IMG/VR virus record: IMGVR_UViG_3300028138_000005
Span: 1 to 55,549 of that record
Direction: 5' to 3' (one strand)
Length of the DNA stretch: 55,549 nt
Source of the DNA: a virus
Taxonomy: Duplodnaviria > Caudoviricetes
Both the position numbers and the translations under genes were made by a program. The notes under the pieces are model-generated. The model was not told the origin of the DNA and searched no databases. It was given only the letters and a program-made list of their open reading frames with translations. Below are positions 17,281 through 24,800 of this stretch, piece after piece; position 1 is the first letter of the stretch; each line of letters opens with the position of its first letter.

Positions 17281-17556
17281 TTAGTGAGGCGGCGCATGGC
17301 CCAGCGGGATAGCTGGGTTGGGGGCTTGGCCAGCACGGCCGATAAGCTTGGCCAGTTGCTGGGCGGTTTTGTCGTCCACGATGCGGACGGTCAGAAAGCC
17401 GGTTTGGACCTCCCGGCGAGCGTCCAGCACGATATTGACGTTGCCCGCGGCGAGTCTTACGACATCCTCGATGCCGATTTGGAGCTCGGAGAGGCCCTGT
17501 TTGAGCATGATCAGGGCGGCTATTTTGTGCCAATTATCGTGAGAGTCCATGATCAT
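17281..17556 (-). CDS. Hypothetical protein
   Basis: ATGA-coupled to 17553-18053; HDNWHKIAALIMLK. Confidence 0.65.
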   Translation of the reverse strand: MIMDSHDNWHKIAALIMLKQGLSELQIGIEDVVRLAAGNVNIVLDARREVQTGFLTVRIVDDKTAQQLAKLIGRAGQAPNPAIPLGHAPPH

Positions 17557-18053
17557 AGGCCTTTTTGAGCGGCTGAGAGGCGCTGGTTCAACTCGGTCAA
17601 GGTTTGGATGATGGCACGGAGCTGGGAAGGTGAGCCCAGATCGTTGAATTTGATCTCCTGGCGCAGGGAGAGGCACTCCTGGCCGCGAATGTAAATGGTC
17701 ATGGCCAGGATCCGTTGCTCGTGGGGCCTGGGCGTGTGCGGGATAGCGGAAACGGGCTGCCAATCGCGGTTACGGGCGTATTGCTCCTCCCATTGGGTGT
17801 GGGAAAGGGTGTTGGGCGCGTACGGGTTTTTCGGCTTGAGGATAGGCGGCAGGGCCTGGGCGGTTTTGACGTCATCCTCGGTGAAGGTTTCAAGCTGGTC
17901 TTTGCCCTGGATGGGCGTTGGCGTTTGCGCCTCGGTCCAAGGTTGGCTTTCATCAGTCGGCAGGTATGCCGGCTTAAACCGCTTTTGGCCTGCTTCCATC
18001 GGGCCGTAAATGGAGGCGGGATCGCGTTTGGGGATGAAACTGGGTTCGCTCAT
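17553..18053 (-). CDS. Hypothetical protein
   Basis: Coupled ORF, Pro-rich N-half, helical C-half. Confidence 0.6.
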   Translation of the reverse strand: MSEPSFIPKRDPASIYGPMEAGQKRFKPAYLPTDESQPWTEAQTPTPIQGKDQLETFTEDDVKTAQALPPILKPKNPYAPNTLSHTQWEEQYARNRDWQPVSAIPHTPRPHEQRILAMTIYIRGQECLSLRQEIKFNDLGSPSQLRAIIQTLTELNQRLSAAQKGL

Positions 18054-18238
18054 CGATTTGAACAGGTTGGGCAGGATTTTACTGGGGGCGGGTCGAGTTT
18101 ATCGGCGAGCTCGAGCACATACCGGCGATGGAGTTCGCCGCTGAGATTAGCCGCGAAGCGGAGCGCCTCGGCCTGGATCTTACGCACAGCCCACACCGGG
18201 ACCGCACACTCGCTAGCAATATCTTCGGCGGATCTCAT
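18050..18238 (-). CDS. Small hypothetical protein
   Basis: Coupled ORF; VRKIQAEAL, C-terminal CPTC. Confidence 0.55.
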   Translation of the reverse strand: MRSAEDIASECAVPVWAVRKIQAEALRFAANLSGELHRRYVLELADKLDPPPVKSCPTCSNR

Positions 18239-18813
18239 GCTTGCAGGAGGGGTGAGAATTCAAGGCTAAAATCAGGCCTTTTTGAGTGGTTTTTGGAGCC
18301 CAACGGGTAAAGCTGGGGCGCCCCGGCGAGCAGTAGATCATTGCTGCAGGCCAGAGCGCCCCTTTTTTCATGTGTAGATCGAGGCCCCAGGCGGGGAACA
18401 AAGGGAAGACAAGCCCGCCCGGGGAAGGCCGCACGTGTAATACGGCCCAAAGCAGGCAACGCGGGCGCTTCGGTGCCTACCCTAGCGCAAGGGATTTTTA
18501 AGGCCTCCCATGTGTACACGTTGCCAAAAGCGAGGGCGCGAGAGGTTATGTCAGCCTCCCCCTGGTTAGCTCCTGCCCCTATCTGCAGTCTGAACAGGCC
18601 CGAGGTCGGTTTTGAGCCGTTGCCTCCCAGGATTTTTCGCCCGTCAAAAGAAATGCCCACGCCTGTAGCAGCAAGCGTGAGCGGGGAAAAGCCTCCGATA
18701 CCACTCAGAAAGCCCCTCCCAAAAGCAAAACCGCCAGTGCTGGACGGATTGGACGGAGAGCGGCGCTCTCCCCGTCCAGCACTGGCGATTCTACAGATGG
18801 TCCAATACATCAT
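18235..18813 (-). other. Atypical ORF / structured region, possible origin or regulatory RNA
   Basis: Open 192-codon frame with non-globular composition; 16-bp perfect inverted repeat 18732-18787; own promoter. Confidence 0.3.
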
Positions 18814-18820
18814 GTGCTCG

Positions 18821-18849
18821 GTTTTACTCCTCGAGGCGGGTTAGTGCAA
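18821..18849 (-). promoter_or_regulatory. Sigma70-like promoter, leaderless arrangement
   Basis: TTGCAC-17-TAAAAC, 7 nt before the ATG at 18813. Confidence 0.55.
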
Positions 18850-18999
18850 GACTTTTTTTTCGGAGGGCGCGGAGTTGAGCCGGGGTCATCAGCATGAGAG
18901 CCCTGCCCAGTGCGGCTAAGGCCGCCTTTGTGCGCTGTGGCATTTTTTTCCACTCCGAGCCCTTTACGATGATGGTCGAGCGCAGTTTTTTGGAAGCTT

Positions 19000-19470
19000 T
19001 CATTGGAGATCGTAAATCCTTTTCTCAAGGGCAACGATTTCCTGTTTTAGCTCGCCGACCTCGAGCTCGAGCTCTTGGATCCGTTGGCGGGCCTCCTGCA
19101 GCTTGGTTCTGCCGGCGTTTGGGTCCAGGCCCAGCACCCAAGTCAGGCATTTATTGCCCTTGGCGTTTTTGAGGCTCTTACCCTCGGGATGCCGGCGAAT
19201 CTTGCCCAAGTCACGCAGATCGTAGCAGCGGCGCCGGATGGACATAATGTTTCGCTGATCGTCACCGTACATAATCAGGCAGATGGCCTCCGCGATCGTT
19301 CCGTCTGGCATGGCCTCGGTGATCTTCTGCAGGACAAAGGCGCGTTGGACCTCGGCTTCGTAATCGGCTTTTTCTAAGGCTTCTTTTTCGGTTTGGCCGG
19401 CGCCGGTGTGGATATGCTTTTTGAGGCTGAGGTTTTTGGGGGTGAAGTCAAATTCTCCTGGCTTTTGCAT
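19000..19470 (-). CDS. Winged-helix-like DNA-binding protein with C-terminal coiled coil
   Basis: SIRRRCYDLRDLGKI...KNAKGNKCLTW pattern; heptad tail. Confidence 0.55.
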   Translation of the reverse strand: MQKPGEFDFTPKNLSLKKHIHTGAGQTEKEALEKADYEAEVQRAFVLQKITEAMPDGTIAEAICLIMYGDDQRNIMSIRRRCYDLRDLGKIRRHPEGKSLKNAKGNKCLTWVLGLDPNAGRTKLQEARQRIQELELEVGELKQEIVALEKRIYDLQ

Positions 19471-19642
19471 ACACGTTTGGGGTCGAGAGTGGTTTTGGGG
19501 AAGGTTTCGAAGTAGTCATCCGGTAGGTCGAGGGACATAAAGTCAATTCCCGCGCTCGCTATAGGTAGCCCTCTGAGTCACTGCTGTCAGAAGTGGGAGG
19601 GCTTTTAAAAAGAACAGCTCGAGCGCGGGAAGGTGAGGGGGG

Positions 19643-19933
19643 TTAATCTTTGTCGTCAACGCCTTCAGCTTTAACGGTTTTGATCTTCACGTGCACCTTG
19701 CCGCGCTTGAGGATCATCTCCTGATCGCTGAACTGGTACTTGGTGAGGCCTTGCTCCTCCATGATCTCAGCCATTTGCGCCTCGATCTTGGTCATTTCGG
19801 AGGCGATCTCGGTTTTGGTATCGCGCTTATCAATGAACTTGTCCCCCAGGCGATCGAGCTCTTTGATTTTGATCGGTGATACTCCCGGGCCTTCTACGCC
19901 TGGGAGGTCTTGTGCTTTCGGTCTATTTGCCAT
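19643..19933 (-). CDS. Hypothetical phage protein (coiled coil + beta hairpin)
   Basis: Clean ORF with A-rich leader. Confidence 0.65.
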   Translation of the reverse strand: MANRPKAQDLPGVEGPGVSPIKIKELDRLGDKFIDKRDTKTEIASEMTKIEAQMAEIMEEQGLTKYQFSDQEMILKRGKVHVKIKTVKAEGVDDKD

Positions 19934-19956
19934 TGTTTTGTTTGAGTTAGTTTTGT

Positions 19957-20268
19957 TTATGGAGAGAAATTGGCTTTGAGGGCGCCGGCCTTTTCGGCGT
20001 ATTCCATGAACTTCTTAACCTTGGCCTTTTTAGCAACGATCTTATCGTAGTCGTGCCACTGCTGAGGGATGATCTTCTGTTCCTGCAGCAAGATCACCAC
20101 GGCGGCCAGATCGTTGATCTCATTGACGAGCCAATCGCGGTTGTTCGGGCCAGTCGGGTCGAGGGGGTTAATATCCTCCAGGCCGAAACGCAGTGACTTG
20201 CTGCAAACGTGGGCGATCTCCGCGCACTCCTCGGCGAGGCAGGCCAATAGGTGTTCTTTGACGTTCAT
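19957..20268 (-). CDS. MazG-like nucleotide pyrophosphohydrolase
   Basis: LAEECAEI...SKSLRFG...NEINDL (ExxE...ExxD) motif. Confidence 0.75.
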   Translation of the reverse strand: MNVKEHLLACLAEECAEIAHVCSKSLRFGLEDINPLDPTGPNNRDWLVNEINDLAAVVILLQEQKIIPQQWHDYDKIVAKKAKVKKFMEYAEKAGALKANFSP

Positions 20269-20420
20269 GTGAGTATATGAATCAATTTTGATTTGGCGCA
20301 ACGGTGACAGACTTTGAAGGCGATAACCACGCAAACCCCATTGTCCCCAGTGAAGGATTCTTGAGTTACGCGCCAATCGTGCCGAAAACGACATTTGAGC
20401 CAACGAGTTAATTTTTTCAT
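20265..20420 (-). CDS. Small zinc-binding protein (51 aa, not in the ORF track)
   Basis: MKKLTRWLKCRFRHDW...VCHRCAK; ATGA-coupled on both sides. Confidence 0.6.
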   Translation of the reverse strand: MKKLTRWLKCRFRHDWRVTQESFTGDNGVCVVIAFKVCHRCAKSKLIHILT

Positions 20421-21001
20421 GGGCGCTCAAAAGGTTTGAGGTAGCGCAGGCCGGCGTTGAGGTAAACGGCTGCTTCACTGGGGTTCTGGATCTCCTCGCC
20501 GCGCTCATTTGTGAATCCGATCCCATAAGGGTTCCACTTAGATCGGCGGCGTTGGTAGGCCTCGGCGATCAAGGTGTTGTTGCGGGAACCACCGGTCCTA
20601 TAGCAAACGTAGTTCCACCAACACGGGGTCCGAGTAGCAAAAAAGTCGATAGGGATTCCGGTCTTACAATGCCGCCCCAACTTGTTTTTTGGTCCCCAAA
20701 TTTCAGAGCCGAGAATATTCTTTCGTTTTTCAATGACTCCCGTTTTGATCAGTTGATCTAAAATGCGATCGGCCCGACTGAATTGGTGTTTGTCGAAAAG
20801 TCCATCGGGTTCCTCAGCGAGTATAGGCACAAAGACGATTTCAATATCGCCTACAAAGGCCTTTCGGCGTCGAATCGATCCGGCAATGATGATCAACTCT
20901 GTCGCAGGCGTTAAGGCTTCAAGAATTTCATTTGCCACTCGGAGCGCCAGTTCCCGTGAGTATTTCTTTTTAGATTTTTCCACGTATGGCCTCCATTCCA
21001 T
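20417..21001 (-). CDS. polX: Minimal family-X DNA polymerase / Pol-beta nucleotidyltransferase
   Basis: IAGSIRRRKAFVGDIEIV, IDFF, YRTGGS..N, SEAAVY...GLRYLKPFER motifs. Confidence 0.85.
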   Translation of the reverse strand: MEWRPYVEKSKKKYSRELALRVANEILEALTPATELIIIAGSIRRRKAFVGDIEIVFVPILAEEPDGLFDKHQFSRADRILDQLIKTGVIEKRKNILGSEIWGPKNKLGRHCKTGIPIDFFATRTPCWWNYVCYRTGGSRNNTLIAEAYQRRRSKWNPYGIGFTNERGEEIQNPSEAAVYLNAGLRYLKPFERP

Positions 21002-21605
21002 CGAGTCCCCGCTTCAACCGTGAATAGACAGAATTAACTGGAACCCGGAATTGCCGAGCCCAGAGAGCGGCGCTCTTTTTAACCCCGCCGATCCGAATAA
21101 AGCGCGTACGGCTTGTGTTGTTGGCTTGCTCCAAAACTGTTGACCAAAAGCAATTTGATTTCTGGTAAGGGCCATCGTTGTCGGCTCGGTTGATCGTTCT
21201 GCCTGTTGGGCAGCGCCCCATATCCGAGAGAAAGACTGAGTAGGTGTGCCACTTCCTGCACACGGTTATCCCGCGCCCTCCATAATTTTTGAAGCACTTG
21301 TTCTTTGGGTCCTCGCACCGTTGAAGCATGTTGCGCCAGCATCGGTACTCAACGGTCTGGTTTTCCTTGAATGATTCTCCGTGCTTAGTGAGTGCCGCCC
21401 TGCGGCGCTCAAGCCCCAGGCAGCCACAAGAAAGAGTTTTTTTAGAGAGGAGATCTTTGCCTGTTACGGTTTTTAAGTTTCCGCAGTCGCACGCACAGTG
21501 CCACGTGGCCAGGAAGCGTCCGTCAGAACGCCGCCGTAATCCCGCGAAGTGCAGCACGTAGAGGCGGCCAAACCGTTTACCGAGCAGGTCTTTGATAGTG
21601 CTCAT
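20970..21605 (-). CDS. HNH homing endonuclease
   Basis: DLLGKRFGRL, WHCACDCG, SCGC, YGGRGITVC, TINRADNDGPYQKSNC; the usual IDRID reads INRAD, so possibly attenuated. Confidence 0.85.
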   Translation of the reverse strand: MSTIKDLLGKRFGRLYVLHFAGLRRRSDGRFLATWHCACDCGNLKTVTGKDLLSKKTLSCGCLGLERRRAALTKHGESFKENQTVEYRCWRNMLQRCEDPKNKCFKNYGGRGITVCRKWHTYSVFLSDMGRCPTGRTINRADNDGPYQKSNCFWSTVLEQANNTSRTRFIRIGGVKKSAALWARQFRVPVNSVYSRLKRGLDGMEAIRGKI

Positions 21606-21819
21606 TGGGATACCAGTAGAGATAGTGCCAAGCGCAAGCCGCGTTATCACACGTATAAACATCAGTGGAACAGTGCTCGAGGTTTCGAGTTCGAATGTAC
21701 ACGCCTTCCCGGCCGCACTTGGGACACTTTGGCCGCTGAGTCCTCTTGCCGGCTGCACATGACTGCCGATCCATTGAAGAATCACCAGCAAGAGGGCTCA
21801 GGGGTCTTTCGGCAGTCAT
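21577..21819 (-). CDS. Zinc-ribbon hypothetical protein (start uncertain)
   Basis: CPKCG...YTCDNAAC. Confidence 0.45.
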   Translation of the reverse strand: MTAERPLSPLAGDSSMDRQSCAAGKRTQRPKCPKCGREGVYIRTRNLEHCSTDVYTCDNAACAWHYLYWYPNEHYQRPAR

Positions 21820-21859
21820 GTGCTGCGATTAGCTCACAGCACGCGCCCGCCGTCAACAC

Positions 21860-24800
21860 CTATTGGGATTTTTCGATCAGCTCGCCGATCTGCGATGCCC
21901 CAGGCACGCCCGAGACTTGCGCGGCGCCGGCAATGGCACGGATGGCGGCCTTGTCCTGGGCCTTGGGTTTCTTGGCAGTGACGGCGCGGTACGCCTCCCG
22001 CGGCACTTGCAGGAGTGAATCAATCAACGGCACGCCAGTTTCTCCGTACATCATGGCCGCGGTCAACTGGCCCATAATCGGGAAGCGCCTCGCCGTTTCC
22101 ACAAGCACCTTGGCCTCGATCGGCGGCTCTTTCTTTTTGGGGTGATAGCCGGTCAGACCCTTGATGACTTCCTTGGACGCCTCGCGGATCCCGGTTTCAA
22201 GCCCGATCATCACAGCCAGGGCGGCGCCAATGCGGGCGGCCTTGACTGGGTTTACTTCACGGATGCCGGCGCGGGCAAAGTCGTGCCTGATGTTGGACCA
22301 CTGGTCCAGAAAGATATTCTGGAACTGGAACAGGGCGCGGCCGATTGAAACATTGTTGCCCACCATCGAACCTCGAGAGAGCACCATGGGTACATCTTTG
22401 GGCAGGGGCGAGGCCACCGCACGGCGGGCCATGACCAGGGCTCGAGCCTGGGCCTCCTTGTCCACGGGCATGTCAGCGTAACGGGCAGGATCCAGGCCTT
22501 TCTCCTTCAGAGCTTTGAAGTACATCCCCAGCACGGTTGCCTGGGAGTTTTTCTGGTCGATCAGGCGGGCGAAGTAAAAGCCGGCCTTCACGTACTTCTT
22601 AGGGACGATCTGTTTGCCAAACACACTGGCCCCTTCCTGCATCGCCTCAGTCAGGGCGGGCTCACCACCGCCACGGGAAAAGGTCTCAGCGAAGTTGTCA
22701 GCCAGGAACTTCTTGCCTTTCTCAGTCCAAATTTCGTGCACGGCCGAGGTGTAGTTCAAAACCCCGGTGCGTTCCATGGCCAGGGGGATATTGGACAAGT
22801 GAACAAACTGGGAGGCCAGCCGGAAACCGATAACGCCGGCACTGGTGTTCTTGCGAAGGGTGTCCAGCGCGTCCCAGCGGCGTAAACCGCCCAGGCGGCC
22901 CTGGCGGGCAACGGTGTCGAGCCAGTTGAGCACCATGCTCTGGCCGATCTTGCCGTATTTCTCCAAAAAGAGATCCCCTTTGGCCAGCTCCCCGATCATT
23001 TTGATGTCACGCTGAGTTTTGAGGAGGTACGCCACATCGTTAATGTGCTGCTCGAACACGTCAAAGGCGTGAATCTTGATCGCGCTTTCCGCTCCCGGCT
23101 TGCGCTCGATCGTGAAGCCGCGCTCGGTCTTGGTCTTGAGCGGGGTGTAATCCCCGTAGAGGTCTTTCCATCCGGCCAGATCGTCAAAAGCCATTTCCTG
23201 GCCAAACTTGGGCTCGGCGGGAGTCTTAGGCTCGGGCTCAACCTTGTTCCAGTCCCGCGGCATGGGGAAGTAGTTCTCCACGGGCTCAACCGGAATGTTG
23301 TAAAGCTCGTGCATCATCTTTTGCACCTGGGGCAAGAGCTCATCCAGGGCCGAGCGCATGTAATTGTAAGCGGATTTCTCCACCGGGGTCAGGCCGCTTT
23401 GGATCTTGTCCAGCTCAGCGGGTGTGGCGCCCATGGCCAAGAGCCGCTCGCGGCCGCCTTCCTGCTGTAGCGCGGCGTACACCCCGATCCGCTTGGCGTT
23501 GGTCTCATTCAGGCCATTCTTTTTAATGATGTCAACGAGAGGCTTGGTGATCTGCTCGCGCATGACCTGGGTGGCGTTAAAGCCCAGATCGATCGGGTTA
23601 CGGACGTGTTTGAACAGCCATCCTTTGTAGGCGCCTTTGGCATCGCCCAGGAGATCAAATAGGGCATCGATGGGCAGGAGCGCCTTGTCCAGCAATCCAC
23701 CGGCGTCCAGCCGGCGATTGATGAAGTTCCGGATCTTCATCGTCGGGCTGATCGGGTCAGTCAGGCCGCTCGAAAACTCAGGGCGCTTGTCGATCGGGTT
23801 GGTCGGCTCATCGGTGAGCTCACGGTTTTTAACCGCTTTCTCATTCTCCCAGCGCAGTTGGCGGGTCGCCACGGTGCGCCGGCCCATTTGCTCGAGCATG
23901 GCAATCCGGTCGCGCATGGCCTCGAGGACGTGCAACGGCAAGTCCTTGATTGGCGTTTTGTTGAGGATTTCCAGGGCATCGAGGATCGCTTTGGGCATTT
24001 CGACATCACGGCCCAGAGCTTCCTGGCTTTTGATGTAATCGCGGATCTTCTGCAGCTTGGCGATCGTGTTCTCGGTCGGCTTGGTGAAATTGAAATTCTT
24101 CACCACGTCACCAATCTTGGCTTTGAAAGCCAGATCCACGGTCGGGGAGGCCAGGGCCTTAGTCACGTTGGCCTTGATGTCGTTTACGGCCTGATTGCGT
24201 TGGACGTTTACGCCGTGCTCCTCAATGCGGGCCGCCACTTCGGCCGCCCGCCGGTACATGGCCTCCGGATCCCCCGTCAGGAGCGGGGCGCGTTTGGTGG
24301 CGTTGCTGATGGCAGTCAGGAAGATCCCGCGCTGGGAGGGCGGCAGTTCCTTCTTGACCAGGGCGTTTAGGCTCTCGCGGATCCGGTTGGCATCGGCCTC
24401 GAGGAAATCATCGGCGAGCTTGGCCTCGGCGCGGCTAATGTGCGGTTTATCGGTGAAATGATCGCGCAGAGCGCGGACGGTCTTTAGCCCGCTCTGCAGG
24501 GTGTCGATGATCTTGCCAATGGTGTCGAGCTGCCCATGGCCGGCGCCGGTCGCTTCACTGATGATTTGCTGGATCGGAGTGGCCTTGTTCTTCTCGATCT
24601 CGTAATGCCGCGCCAGCAGGCCTTTAGCATCCTCGAAAAGGGTGTCGAGGTGAGGCGAGATCCGTTTTCCGAACTCGGCGATCATTTCGGCCGCGAACCG
24701 CGCTTTATCCAGGCCGAACCGTGCCAGCTTGGCGGCGCCGATAGTAGCGTAATCGATCGCGTTTGGGATCTTCGTGAACATCCCCCCAATGAATGTTTCC

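Noticed and set aside
18860-18930. tRNA-Met gene on the minus strand
   Set aside because: Acceptor and anticodon stems do not pair adequately; only a T-loop-like piece is present.
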